From: an uncultured delta proteobacterium
GTDB taxonomy: Bacteria; Desulfobacterota; Binatia; Binatales; Binataceae
NCBI GenBank assembly: GCA_963794325.1
Contig: CAWCDG010000009.1
Span: forward strand, 1-64,000
DNA length: 64,000 nt
Reading direction: 5' to 3'
Of this stretch, positions 22,411 through 32,262 are shown piece by piece. The notes beneath the pieces were generated by a model that was not told the origin of the DNA, ran no database searches, and saw nothing but the letters and a program-made list of their open reading frames with translations. The first letter of the stretch is position 1; each line of letters opens with the position of its first letter. A program made the position numbers and the translations under genes.

Positions 22411-23954
22411 ACACCGTCAACTTCGTCACGATCCCTGCTTCGATCGTGCCCGACCAGGAAATCCTGGTTTTCGGCGCGCGACGTCTCACCTACGCGGATC
22501 TGAACGACCAGGTCGCCCGCCTCTGCGCGGTATTCAAGCAGTTCGGCCTCGCGCACGGCGACGTCATTGCAGTCCTGGACACCAACTCTGATCTCTACAT
22601 CGAATGCTATTACGCCGCGGCCAAGGCCGGGCTCACATTCCTGCCGCTCAACTATCGCGCCAAGGATGCCGAGCTCGAGTACATGATCAACACCGCGGAT
22701 GCGAAAGCGTTGCTGGTCGGCGATCGCTATCTCGAATTGATCGCGAAGATTCAGCCGCGGTTGCGCGCCAGCAAAATCGTGGCGCTCGGCGATGGCGCCA
22801 AGGGATTGCCGCGCCTCGCCGACCTGGTCGCGAAGGCGGAGCCCGATGAATCCGAAGCGGAAGTCGAAGACGAGGACATCTCGATCCTCATGTACACGAG
22901 CGGGACTACGTCGCTGCCCAAAGGCGTCCAGCTTCGCTTCCGCGATTTCGCCGCGTACGTGACCGCCAACGTCGAGATGGCCGACGGCACCGACCGCGGC
23001 GTCGCGCTGGTGTGCGTGCCCTTTTACCACATCGCGGGAACCACGGCGTACATGACCAACACCTGGACCGGCCGCAAGCTGATCATAATGCCGCAGTTCG
23101 ACGCCAAGGCATGGCTCGATCTCGTCGCGCGCGAGCACGTCACGCACGCCTTCGTCGTGCCCACGATGATGAAGCAGATCATCGACGAGCCTGCGTTCGC
23201 GAAAACCGATCTCTCGACGCTGACCAACCTCGCCTACGGCGGCGCTGCGATGCCGGTACAGGTGATTCGTCGCGCGATTGAAGTCTTCCCGAAGAAAGTC
23301 GGCTTCGTGAACGCCTACGGCCAGACTGAAACGACGTCATCGTTGACCGTGCTCGGTCCCGACGATCACCGGATCGAGGGGACGCCTGAAGAGGTCGAAC
23401 TCAAGCTCAAACGCCTCAACTCAATTGGCAAGCCGCTCCCCGACGTCGAAATCCGCGTCCGCGACGAAGACGGCAAGTTCCTGCCGCACGGCCAGGTCGG
23501 CGAAATAATTATCCGCACCCCGCGCATCATGAAGGGCTATGCCGGCCGCGACGATGACGCGCGACTGCCCGACGGATGGCGCGCGACCGGCGACCTCGGA
23601 TGGCTCGACGACGACGGCTACGTTTTCTTCGCGGGCCGCAAGGACGACATGATCATCCGCGGCGGCGAAAATATCGCGCCAGCTGAAATCGAAACCGTCC
23701 TGATGAGCCATCCGGCCGTTGACGAATGCGCTGTTATTGGCGTTCCTTCGGTCGAATGGGGGCAAATCGTCAAGGCCTTCGTCTGTGTGCGCAAGGGCGC
23801 CAAGGTGAGCGAGTCTGAGCTCGAGGATTTTTGCCGGTCGCGGCTTGCGAGCTTCAAGCGCCCCGAGCGTATCGAGTTCATCGACGCGCTACCGAAAAAT
23901 CCGCTCGGCAAAATTCTGCGCAAAGATTTGCGCGCACCCGCTGGAGGCGTCTGA
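22407..23954 (+). CDS. AMP-dependent acyl-CoA synthetase (class I adenylate-forming)
   Basis: YTSGTTSLPKG, YGQTET, TGDLG, GRKDDMIIRGGENI, LPKNPLGK. Confidence 0.93.
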   Translation: MNTVNFVTIPASIVPDQEILVFGARRLTYADLNDQVARLCAVFKQFGLAHGDVIAVLDTNSDLYIECYYAAAKAGLTFLPLNYRAKDAELEYMINTADAKALLVGDRYLELIAKIQPRLRASKIVALGDGAKGLPRLADLVAKAEPDESEAEVEDEDISILMYTSGTTSLPKGVQLRFRDFAAYVTANVEMADGTDRGVALVCVPFYHIAGTTAYMTNTWTGRKLIIMPQFDAKAWLDLVAREHVTHAFVVPTMMKQIIDEPAFAKTDLSTLTNLAYGGAAMPVQVIRRAIEVFPKKVGFVNAYGQTETTSSLTVLGPDDHRIEGTPEEVELKLKRLNSIGKPLPDVEIRVRDEDGKFLPHGQVGEIIIRTPRIMKGYAGRDDDARLPDGWRATGDLGWLDDDGYVFFAGRKDDMIIRGGENIAPAEIETVLMSHPAVDECAVIGVPSVEWGQIVKAFVCVRKGAKVSESELEDFCRSRLASFKRPERIEFIDALPKNPLGKILRKDLRAPAGGV

Positions 23955-24001
23955 CGCCGCGCCTCGCCAAAAAATCCCGGCCGCATCGCGCCGCTCGCAA
24001 C

Positions 24002-24739
24002 GTGCCCGCCGGCGCGATCGATGTTTCTTTCGCCAGTGGATGCGTGACCGCGGCGCTTCATTACTCCGGCTCGCGCGCGATTCTCACCCCGGCGATGGCC
24101 GTCCGGCTGCTCGAACTGTTCGAGCACGTCGAGGACGACGACGCTGCTCGCATGCTCGCGCTCACCGGCGCCGGCAACTCGTTCTGCATCGGCTTCGACG
24201 ACGCAGTCGATCCGCGCCTCGTCGAATCGCTTGCCGTGCTCTCGAAGCCCACCGTCGCGATCATCAACGGCGACGCGTTCGACGAAGGCCTCGAGCTTGC
24301 GATGGCCGCCGACATACGCGTTGCAATTTCGTCCGCTCATTTCGCGATCACGCAAGTGAAGAGCGGAACGATGCCCCATTTCGGCGCGACCCAGCGACTC
24401 CCACGCCTCATCGGCGCCGCCAACGCACTGCGCCTGATGCTCACCGGAACGGCTCTGGGAGCCGACGACGCGATGCGCGCCGGCCTCGTTACGTATCTCG
24501 CCGACAGCCCGGGCGACCTCGCCGCCACCAGCGGCCGCGTCGCCGAGGCTATCCTGAGCCGCGCTCCGCTCGCCGCGCGCCTGGTCAAGGACGCGGTCCT
24601 GAAGGGCTACGACATGACTTTGGACCAGGGCATCAGGCTTGAGGAGGATCTGTACGCCCTGCTACAAACGAGTTCCGACCGCGCCGAAGGCGTCCGCGCA
24701 TTTTTGGAGAAGCGCAAACCGCTCTTCCGAGGCGCGTGA
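24002..24739 (+). CDS. crotonase-family protein, degenerate active site
   Basis: GLELAMAADIR, GATQRLPRLIG, EGVRAFLEKRKP; start uncertain (GTG 24002). Confidence 0.85.
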   Translation: MPAGAIDVSFASGCVTAALHYSGSRAILTPAMAVRLLELFEHVEDDDAARMLALTGAGNSFCIGFDDAVDPRLVESLAVLSKPTVAIINGDAFDEGLELAMAADIRVAISSAHFAITQVKSGTMPHFGATQRLPRLIGAANALRLMLTGTALGADDAMRAGLVTYLADSPGDLAATSGRVAEAILSRAPLAARLVKDAVLKGYDMTLDQGIRLEEDLYALLQTSSDRAEGVRAFLEKRKPLFRGA

Positions 24740-24790
24740 ATCTCGGCGCAAACTTAGCGACAAATAATCCGAAAGGACCAGGACCCACGA

Positions 24791-24910
24791 ATGGCAAATC
24801 AGCTCGGCAAAGTTTATATCTGCGGTAACTGCAAATCGCAGGTCATCGTCACCAAAGGCGGCGCCGGCCAGCTCAAGTGCTGCGGCGCTCCGATGGAACA
24901 AAAAAAGTAG
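24791..24910 (+). CDS. 39-aa desulforedoxin-like protein, not in ORF track
   Basis: MANQLGKVYICGNCKSQVIVTKGGAGQLKCCGAPMEQKK; CxxC-x15-CC; AGGA upstream. Confidence 0.88.
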   Translation: MANQLGKVYICGNCKSQVIVTKGGAGQLKCCGAPMEQKK

Positions 24911-24964
24911 CGATCACCCGCGCTGTTCCTGGCGCTATCGCGACAACTGAACTGAGGTCCCCAA

Positions 24965-25189
24965 ATGATTGCTGCGATCATAGTCGGAATAATTGCAGGC
25001 TTTCTGGCCGGCAAGATCATGGATGGCTCGGGCTTCGGAGTGATCGGCGATCTGCTGCTCGGCCTGGTCGGCGGCCTCATCGGCGGCGCGATCTTCGGTT
25101 CACCGAACGGCATGATCGGCGCGATTGCCGTCGCCACGATCGGCGCGGTGATCCTGGTGTGGATCTCGCACATGATTAAGCGCGTCTAG
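24965..25189 (+). CDS. GlsB/YeaQ/YmgE family membrane protein
   Basis: GIIAGFLAGKIM...G.IGDLLLGLVG...ATIGA. Confidence 0.88.
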   Translation: MIAAIIVGIIAGFLAGKIMDGSGFGVIGDLLLGLVGGLIGGAIFGSPNGMIGAIAVATIGAVILVWISHMIKRV

Positions 25190-25301
25190 GGAAACGGTTT
25201 GCGCGGGCGGAATTCCCAGCCGCTCGCGCGGATGGAGCAAAAAAAGTAGCGGTCACGCTGTGCCGCTCTAGCGCTATTGCGACAACCAGGAGGACCACAC
25301 G

Positions 25302-25535
25302 ATGCTCTATGCGATCCTAGTCGGAATAGTCGCGGGCTGGCTCGCCGGCAAGCTGGTGCGCGGCGCAGGCTTCGGACTAATCGGCGACCTGATCCTCGGC
25401 CTGATCGGTGGCTTCGTCGGCGCATGGATCTTCGGCGCCCTCGGAATTCATGGACCCGACGGCGCGATAGGCGCGATCCTCGTCGCGACCGTCGGCGCCG
25501 TCGTGCTGGTCTGGATCTCGCACGTTATTCTATAG
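25302..25535 (+). CDS. GlsB/YeaQ/YmgE family membrane protein (tandem paralog)
   Basis: GIVAGWLAGKLV...IGDLILGLIG...ATVGA; AGGAGG RBS. Confidence 0.88.
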   Translation: MLYAILVGIVAGWLAGKLVRGAGFGLIGDLILGLIGGFVGAWIFGALGIHGPDGAIGAILVATVGAVVLVWISHVIL

Positions 25536-25565
25536 GTCTGATCGAGCGCCGACGCGCGCCGCCGC

Positions 25566-25955
25566 TCACCCGATCGCGCGGATGCGCAGTTCCTCGGCCT
25601 GCTTGCGAATCGGCTCCGGCAGCTTTACTTCGTGCGCATCAATCCAGTTGCGCTCGAGCCGATAGAACTCGCGCGCCGGTTCGTAGAACAGGTGGATCAC
25701 GACGTCGTCGTAGTCGAGCACGACCCAGTGCGCATGATGCATCCCTTCGACGGCCAGCGGACGCTGCCCCGTCCTGCCCATCGCTTCCTCGATTCCGCGC
25801 GCGATCGCCTGCACCTGCACATCGGAGCGTCCGGTCGCCACCAGGAAATAATCCGCGACCGGCTTCAGATGCTCGGCTTCGAGCACGACCAGGTCGTAGG
25901 CCTTTTTTTCGAGCGCCGCTTCGGCCGCGACGATAGCCTTCTTCAGCGCCGTCAA
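25566..25955 (-). CDS. rsfS: ribosome silencing factor
   Basis: DYFLVATG, WVVLDYDDVVIHLF, REFYRLE; follows nadD. Confidence 0.93.
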   Translation of the reverse strand: MTALKKAIVAAEAALEKKAYDLVVLEAEHLKPVADYFLVATGRSDVQVQAIARGIEEAMGRTGQRPLAVEGMHHAHWVVLDYDDVVIHLFYEPAREFYRLERNWIDAHEVKLPEPIRKQAEELRIRAIG

Positions 25956-26046
25956 GAAATCTGACCGCGATTGGCCGCGATGTCCGGCGTCGGTGGATGT
26001 TTTGATCGGGATTGGAATGAACGCGAAGATTTAAGCAGAGCGAACC

Positions 26047-26685
26047 TCAATACAGCGCGTGGCGCTGGATGTAATCGACGACGTCGATCGGCACGAGGTA
26101 CCTGATCGATTCATCGTGATGGAGTTTGCCGCGAATTTCAGTCGCTGAAATAGGTAGGAAGGTGGTTTCGACGAAAGATAGCGTTTGTTCGCTCGAATGC
26201 ACGTAGTGATCGTCTGCCTGAGTGTAGCCAAACCGTTTGAGCGCGGCAACTGAAATTCGCGGCGGTCCATCTTGTCCTTCGGTTAACCTTGTATGAACGG
26301 CAAAATTGCACAGCCGCACCAATTCCTCGGGCTCCTTCCATGAATCCAGCTCGGCAAACTGATCCGCGCCCATCATCAGGTAGAGCGGCGCAGGCTGCCG
26401 CAGCGTCGATTGGAAGTAGCGCACCGTGTCGATTGTGTACGATCGCCCGGCCCGCCGAATCTCGACGTCCGACGTCATGAAATGGCGGTTGCCCTTGGTC
26501 GCCAGCCGCACCATCGCAAGCCGATGCTCCGCGGGAGCCAGTTCGCCGGCCGGCTTATGCGGTGGCGACGCGGCCGGAATAAAATATACGAGGTCGAGTT
26601 GCAGGGCCTCGCGAACTTCCTCAGCCGCGCGCAGATGCCCGAGATGAATCGGATTGAAACTACCGCCGAACAATCCTACCCGCAT
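26047..26685 (-). CDS. nadD: nicotinate-nucleotide adenylyltransferase
   Basis: GGSFNPIHLGH, SYTIDT, MGAD, ISATEIR. Confidence 0.95.
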   Translation of the reverse strand: MRVGLFGGSFNPIHLGHLRAAEEVREALQLDLVYFIPAASPPHKPAGELAPAEHRLAMVRLATKGNRHFMTSDVEIRRAGRSYTIDTVRYFQSTLRQPAPLYLMMGADQFAELDSWKEPEELVRLCNFAVHTRLTEGQDGPPRISVAALKRFGYTQADDHYVHSSEQTLSFVETTFLPISATEIRGKLHHDESIRYLVPIDVVDYIQRHALY

Positions 26686-26724
26686 TTGATTCTTTTACTG
26701 GCCCCCGTCGGAACGGGGGTCGCT

Positions 26725-27978
26725 TCAGGCGCGGACTTGTCCGGTCCCGCGCAGGACGTACTTATATGTGGTCAACTCGTTGAGCCCCATCGGGCCCCGC
26801 GCGTGCAGCCGATTGGTCGAGATTCCCGTCTCCGCACCGAATCCGAATTCAAAACCGTCAGTGAAACGCGTCGACGCATTGACGTAAACCGTAGCCGAAT
26901 CGACCTCCCGTTCAAAGCGCGCCGCCGCGCCGGAGTCACTGGTGACGATCGCGTCGGCAAGATGAGATCCGTGACGCGCGATAAACTGGATTGCCTCGTC
27001 AATCGAATCGACAACTTTGACCGCCAGTATCAGGTCGAGGTATTCCGCATCCCAGTCTTCGTCAGTCGCCGCGCGCATCGCCGGCACGATTTTTCTCGTC
27101 GCGTCGTCGCCGCGAAGCTCGACGCCGGCCGCCGTCATCCGCGCCGCGAGCGATGGCAGAAATTTCTCCGCGATCCCGCGATGCACCAGCAATTTCTCCA
27201 TCGAATTGCAGACCGAAGGCCGCGAGCATTTCGCATTAATACAAATTTCCTCGGCCATCTTCAGATCCGCCGCCCGATCGACGTAGGTGTGGCATTTGCC
27301 ATCGAAGTGCGGCAGCAGCGGCACGGCCGACCCGTCGAGCGCGTCTTTCAACGAATTGCCACCGCGCGGAATTATCAAATCGATCAGATCACGGCTGCGC
27401 TTCATTACCTGGATCACTTCGCGATCGGGATTGCGAATGAAGGAAGCAGCGTCCGGATTCAAGTCCGCATCCTTCAAAGCGCGCGAGATCAAGTCGGCCA
27501 GGAATCCGTTACTGCTCAGCGCCTCGCTGCCACCGCGCAGGACGACGGCGTTACCCGCCTTGAGAGTCAGCGCAGCCGCATCGATAGTGACGTTGGGACG
27601 CGACTCGTAAATCATCGCGATCACGCCGATCGGCACCCTGATCTTTTCGATCTTGAGCCCGTTAGGCCGCGTCCATTTTTCGATCACACTGCCGACCGGA
27701 TCGTCGAGCGCCTCGACTTGCAGCACGCCCGCCGCCATCGACTCGATTCGCTTGTCGTCGAGCGTGAGCCGCTCGACAAACGCGCCGCCGCGTCCACTCT
27801 TGCCCGCGCGCTCGAGGTCGATTGCGTTGGCGCGAATAATCTCGGCACGCGAATCACGAATCGCGCTCGCCAGCCGTCGCAGAAAATCGTTCTTCTGCGC
27901 CGTGGTCGCCAGGGCTATCCGTGGCGCCGCCGCGCGCGCCCGCTCGAGCGCCGCAACAGTTTCAGCTTCAACAGTCAT
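26725..27978 (-). CDS. proA: glutamate-5-semialdehyde dehydrogenase
   Basis: IYESRPNVT, IPRGG, VCNSME, NASTRFTDG, HARGPMG. Confidence 0.96.
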   Translation of the reverse strand: MTVEAETVAALERARAAAPRIALATTAQKNDFLRRLASAIRDSRAEIIRANAIDLERAGKSGRGGAFVERLTLDDKRIESMAAGVLQVEALDDPVGSVIEKWTRPNGLKIEKIRVPIGVIAMIYESRPNVTIDAAALTLKAGNAVVLRGGSEALSSNGFLADLISRALKDADLNPDAASFIRNPDREVIQVMKRSRDLIDLIIPRGGNSLKDALDGSAVPLLPHFDGKCHTYVDRAADLKMAEEICINAKCSRPSVCNSMEKLLVHRGIAEKFLPSLAARMTAAGVELRGDDATRKIVPAMRAATDEDWDAEYLDLILAVKVVDSIDEAIQFIARHGSHLADAIVTSDSGAAARFEREVDSATVYVNASTRFTDGFEFGFGAETGISTNRLHARGPMGLNELTTYKYVLRGTGQVRA

Positions 27979-28033
27979 TCAGCTTTGAGAATATATCCCG
28001 ACCTCACTCAAATAAACTGCGAGCCTTCCTAAT

Positions 28034-28091
28034 ACTAAGGTGCAGGGGTTACCCCTGCCCAAGGAAGCGTGAAACCCACGGCGGGTTTCAC
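28034..28091 (+). repeat. palindromic repeat family B
   Basis: GGTGCAGGGGTTACCCCTGC...GTGAAACCCACGGCGGGTTTCAC; copies at 33604, 42247, 45438, 55434. Confidence 0.85.
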
Positions 28092-28124
28092 TTTAAATAA
28101 AGTGATTTACCTTTCCCCGGGGCG

Positions 28125-29270
28125 CTACGCGATTTCCTTGATCAGCACAAAATTATCGCGATGGATAATTTCGTCCGCAACTTTGTATCCGAGCAGAGTC
28201 GGGATTTCAGTTGAACGCCTGCCTGCCACTTTCAGCACGTCGGACGCGGGATAGTTCACCAGGCCGCGGCCGAACTCGACGCCGTCCGGATCGAACAGGC
28301 TCACGCAATCGCCGCCGCCGAAATCTCCGCGAACCTCCTTCACACCAGACGGCAGCAGCGAACGTCCGCGGTTGCGGAGCGCGTCGGCCGCGCCCTTGTC
28401 CACCGCGAGCGAGCCGGCCGGCCGCAGCGCGAATGCGATCCAATGCTTACGGCTCTTGAGCCGCACTCCGGCCGGCACGATCAGCGTGCCTGCCTCGCGC
28501 GCCGGATCGAGCGCCGCGGTGACGACGCCGGCTTCGCGTCCGCGCGCGATAATCACCGCGATCCCCGCACGCGCCGCCTGGCGCGCCGCCTTCAACTTGG
28601 TCGCCATCCCGCCGACCCCGAGCGGACCGGCCTTCTCGGCCACCAGCCCGCGCATCTCGGCTTCGGGATCGTTAATCACAGGAATCAGGCGCGCATCGGC
28701 GCGCTCGCGAGGATCGCCGGTCAGGACGCCGTCGACGTCGCTCAAAATAATCAGCAACTGCGCCTGCACCAGGCTCGCGACCAGCGACGACAGCACGTCG
28801 TTGTCGCCGAGCCGAATCTCCTCGACCGCGACCGTGTCGTTCTCGTTGACGATCGGAATCACGCCCGCGCCGAGTAATTCAGTGAGCGTTTGATTCGCGT
28901 TCTGACGGCGCTTGCGTTCCGCCAAATCCTGATGGGTCAGCAAAATCTGCGCGACGCTCCGCTCGTGAATCCCGAATGCGCGCGCCCACGCCGACATCAG
29001 GTCGATTTGCCCGGTGGCCGCCGCCGCTTGACGGGCCGCGATAGTCGCGCCGTGAAGTTTCGACAGTCGCGCGCGCCCTGCAGCGACCGCGCCCGACGTG
29101 ACGATCACGATTTCCTGCCCCGCGCGCACCGCCGACTCGATTTGTGCGGCGAGTTGCTCGATCACCTCGACGCGCAGCCCCTCGACGTCCGACAACACTG
29201 CGCTGCCGACCTTGATTACGATTCGCCGCGCGCGCGCGACCGTCGATTCCTTATAGTTCAGTTGAGACAT
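28125..29270 (-). CDS. proB: glutamate 5-kinase
   Basis: IKVGSA, VTSGAV, NENDTV, GDND, GGMATK, PUA domain ending IHRDN. Confidence 0.96.
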   Translation of the reverse strand: MSQLNYKESTVARARRIVIKVGSAVLSDVEGLRVEVIEQLAAQIESAVRAGQEIVIVTSGAVAAGRARLSKLHGATIAARQAAAATGQIDLMSAWARAFGIHERSVAQILLTHQDLAERKRRQNANQTLTELLGAGVIPIVNENDTVAVEEIRLGDNDVLSSLVASLVQAQLLIILSDVDGVLTGDPRERADARLIPVINDPEAEMRGLVAEKAGPLGVGGMATKLKAARQAARAGIAVIIARGREAGVVTAALDPAREAGTLIVPAGVRLKSRKHWIAFALRPAGSLAVDKGAADALRNRGRSLLPSGVKEVRGDFGGGDCVSLFDPDGVEFGRGLVNYPASDVLKVAGRRSTEIPTLLGYKVADEIIHRDNFVLIKEIA

Positions 29271-30270
29271 GCGCCGGCTGATCCATCGTGTGAAGCATTC
29301 GCGCGATCGCCGCGACCAACGGCGCAAGTTTCTGGTTCTGGTCCGCCGAGATCGGAAACACTTCGAGTCCGGTCAGCTTGCGCAGCTTGCGCGCGATCTT
29401 CGTCACTTCGGCCGCGTCGAGCAGATCGATTTTATTGAGCGCGACCAGCGCCAGCCGTTCCGCGAGCATCGGATCGAACGCCGCGATCTCACCGCGCACA
29501 GTCGCAAAGGCCACAGCAGGATCGTCGGCAACGTCGAGTACATAAACAATCAGCCGCGTGCGCATGATATGCCGCAAGAAACGAATCCCCAGCCCAAGTC
29601 CCTTGTGCGCACCTTCGATCAGACCGGGAATATCCGCCAGCGTGAAACTTTCCTCATGGGAAATCGACACGCGGCCAATATTGGGCGCGAGCGTCGTGAA
29701 AGGGTAGGGCGCGATCTTTGGCCGCGCCGCACTGAGAGCGCTCAGCATCGTCGATTTGCCAGCGTTCGGAAGTCCCACGAGACCGGCCTCCGCGACCAGC
29801 CGCAGCTCCATCCGAATCCATCGTTGATCGCCCGCGGTTCCCGGCGTCGCGATGCGCGGCGAGCGTCGCGTCGACGACGCAAAGTGCATATTGCCGCGGC
29901 CACCTTCGCCGCCTTGTGCGATTACCGCGGTGTCACCCGGCATCACGAGGTCCGCGAGCGTCTTGCCGCTCTCTTCGTCGAAGACGATCGTGCCCGGTGG
30001 CACGCGCACGATGATGTCGTCGGCGCCGTGCCCGTACTGCTCCTTGCCGCGGCCCGGCTCGCCGTCTTTCGCGATCAGACGCGGCTGATATTTGAAATCG
30101 AGCAGCGTCGAGAGGCCTTCATCGACCTGGAAGATTACGCTGCCGCCGCGACCGCCGTTGCCGCCCGCCGGTCCGCCGAACGGCCGATACTTCTCGCGCA
30201 AAAACGCGATAGCACCGTCGCCGCCTTTCCCGGCGTGCACGAATACCCTGGCTTCATCGATAAATCGCAT
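29251..30270 (-). CDS. obgE: GTPase ObgE
   Basis: FIDEA...GGPAGGNGGRGG, GLPNAGKST, DIPGLIEGA, NKID. Confidence 0.96.
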   Translation of the reverse strand: MRFIDEARVFVHAGKGGDGAIAFLREKYRPFGGPAGGNGGRGGSVIFQVDEGLSTLLDFKYQPRLIAKDGEPGRGKEQYGHGADDIIVRVPPGTIVFDEESGKTLADLVMPGDTAVIAQGGEGGRGNMHFASSTRRSPRIATPGTAGDQRWIRMELRLVAEAGLVGLPNAGKSTMLSALSAARPKIAPYPFTTLAPNIGRVSISHEESFTLADIPGLIEGAHKGLGLGIRFLRHIMRTRLIVYVLDVADDPAVAFATVRGEIAAFDPMLAERLALVALNKIDLLDAAEVTKIARKLRKLTGLEVFPISADQNQKLAPLVAAIARMLHTMDQPAHVSTEL

Positions 30271-30302
30271 AGCGAGTCACTGGCAATGTGATGGAGCCAA
30301 AC

Positions 30303-30391
30303 AACCTAACCCCTAACCCCTTCCCATAGTGGGAAGGGGGACCGGATTGTTGGAAGTGACCCCTTCCCTCGAGGGAAGGGGAACAATCGCG
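30303..30391 (+). repeat. palindromic repeat family A, double-hairpin copy
   Basis: AACCTAACCCCTAACCCCTTCCCATAGTGGGAAGGGG...CCCTTCCCTCGAGGGAAGGGGAACAATCGCG. Confidence 0.85.
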
Positions 30392-30401
30392 TTATGTTCT
30401 T

Positions 30402-31431
30402 CTACAGACAAATCTCCGCTAGCGCGCGCACCGTATTGATATCGCCGGTGCCGATTAGCATCGTCTTCACCGGCGATGCCTTCCACGCCTTGAGGCGGTC
30501 CGCGATTCGCTCGCGATTGCCGACCAGCGCGACCTCGTCAACCAGCTTGTCCGGCACCATCGCCATCGCCTCGGCCTTCTTGCCGGCGAGGAACGCGTCC
30601 TGGATTTTTCCCGCGACCTCTTCGTAGCCGAGCCGCTTGGCGTAGTCGTTGTAGAAATTTTTCGCGCGCGCGCCCATCCCGCCGATATACAGCGCGAGCA
30701 TCCCCTTCACCGGCATCCGGCACTTCTCGACGTCCGGCCCCATGATGCAGGTGACGAAGGGCGCGACATCGAAATTGTCGAGACTCTTTTTGCCGCCGGT
30801 CTTCGCGAAGCCTTCCTTGAGCGGCGCGTCATAGATGTCCCATCGCTCCGGATTCATCCAGACCGGAATCACGCCGTCGGCGATTTCCCCAGCGAGCGCG
30901 ATTCCCTTCGGGCTGATCGACGCGGTGTAAATCGGCATGTCCTTGCGCCCGTGCAGGATACTCTTGAGCGGCTTGCCGAGGCCCGACGCGCCCGGGCCGG
31001 TGTACGGGATGTCGAATTCCTTGCCGTGATGCTCGACGGGAACTTCGCGCGCGAGAATCGTGCGCACATCTCGAAATGTACTCACGCGTGCGCTGCAGCG
31101 GCTTGCCGTACGACACGCCGTGCCAGCCCTCGACCACCTGCGGACCCGACGGCCCGATGCCGAGGATGAAGCGGCCGCCCGACAGAGCGTCGAGCGTCAT
31201 CGCAGTCATCGCGGTCATCGCCGGGGTGCGTCCGGGCATCTGCATGATACCGGTGCCGAGCCGGATCTTTTTGGTCATCGCGCCGATCCACGCCAACGGC
31301 GTGATCGCGTCGGAGCCGTAGGCCTCGGCGGTCCACACGGAATCGAAGCCGGCGCGTTCCGCCTCGAGAATCGTGTCCATCGGCAGTCCCATCTGCGCGC
31401 CCGAATAGCCGGAGAGTAAACCTAGTCGCAT
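30402..31431 (-). CDS. LLM class F420-dependent oxidoreductase, frameshifted near 31070
   Basis: [33 protein letters not shown] in ORF 30829..31446; C-terminal half ([16 protein letters not shown]) in ORF 30402..31085. Confidence 0.88.
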
Positions 31432-31478
31432 TGAAATTTCCTCCATCGCGGAAACGTCCGCGATATAAAATCGAATTC

Positions 31479-31513
31479 AAAAAAAGAAGCCCCACGGCAT
31501 GCCGCAGGGCTTC
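31479..31513 (-). terminator. intrinsic terminator after rpmA
   Basis: minus strand GAAGCCCTGCGGCATGCCGTGGGGCTTC followed by TTTTTTT. Confidence 0.75.
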
Positions 31514-31537
31514 AGCAGAATCTCGCTGGATAACGAT

Positions 31538-31819
31538 CTACGCAGACGCCCCTGCGGTATCACCGGCGGGGAGCGGCTCGACGCTCACTTGCCGCTTCTC
31601 ACCCTTCGGCTCGTACTTAACCACACCGTCGATGAGCGCGTAAATCGTATAGTCGCGGCCCAGCCCGACGTTACGCCCCGGATGCACGCGAGTGCCGAGC
31701 TGGCGGATGATGATATTGCCGGCCTTGACGGTCTGACCCGCGTAAATCTTGATACCACGGCGCTGGCCCGGACTATCGCGGCCATTGCGCGTCGAACCCT
31801 GGCCTTTTTTGTGCGCCAC
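31538..31819 (-). CDS. rpmA: 50S ribosomal protein L27
   Basis: [15 protein letters not shown]. Confidence 0.97.
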   Translation of the reverse strand: MAHKKGQGSTRNGRDSPGQRRGIKIYAGQTVKAGNIIIRQLGTRVHPGRNVGLGRDYTIYALIDGVVKYEPKGEKRQVSVEPLPAGDTAGASA

Positions 31820-31887
31820 GCAGTGTCTCCTGAGGTGAGCGGCCTTCCGGGCCGCAGTTCGGTGAAAAAATAAAAATCGCGCGGCTA

Positions 31888-32202
31888 CTATGCGCCCGCG
31901 GAGATTTCCTCGATCTTCAGAACGGTCAGTTCCTGCCGATGCCCGCGCTTTCGTCGATAATTCTTGCGCCGCTTTTTCTTGAACACGATTATCTTCGTGC
32001 CGCGCGGCTGCTGGACGATCTTCGCCGTCACCGACGCGCCCGCAACGACCGGAGTGCCGATCTTCGGCGCTTCACCGCCAACCGCCAGCACTTGGTCAAG
32101 TGAGATAGCCGCGCCAACCTCGCCGACGAGCCGCTCGACCGTAATCTGGTCGCCGACGCCGACGCGGTACTGTTTTCCGCCTGTCTTTACTATTGCAAAC
32201 AT
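31888..32202 (-). CDS. rplU: 50S ribosomal protein L21
   Basis: [12 protein letters not shown]...[16 protein letters not shown]. Confidence 0.97.
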   Translation of the reverse strand: MFAIVKTGGKQYRVGVGDQITVERLVGEVGAAISLDQVLAVGGEAPKIGTPVVAGASVTAKIVQQPRGTKIIVFKKKRRKNYRRKRGHRQELTVLKIEEISAGA

Positions 32203-32262
32203 CGGTATGCCGAACGAACACAATTATCGGACGCAGTGGGGCAAGTCAACGCATCGCCCGTA

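Noticed and set aside
26410-28032. Long opposite-strand ORFs (also 15155..16363, 22008..23147, 43945..45072, 59606..60787)
   Set aside because: Antisense shadows of well-supported genes in GC-rich DNA, with no motifs of their own
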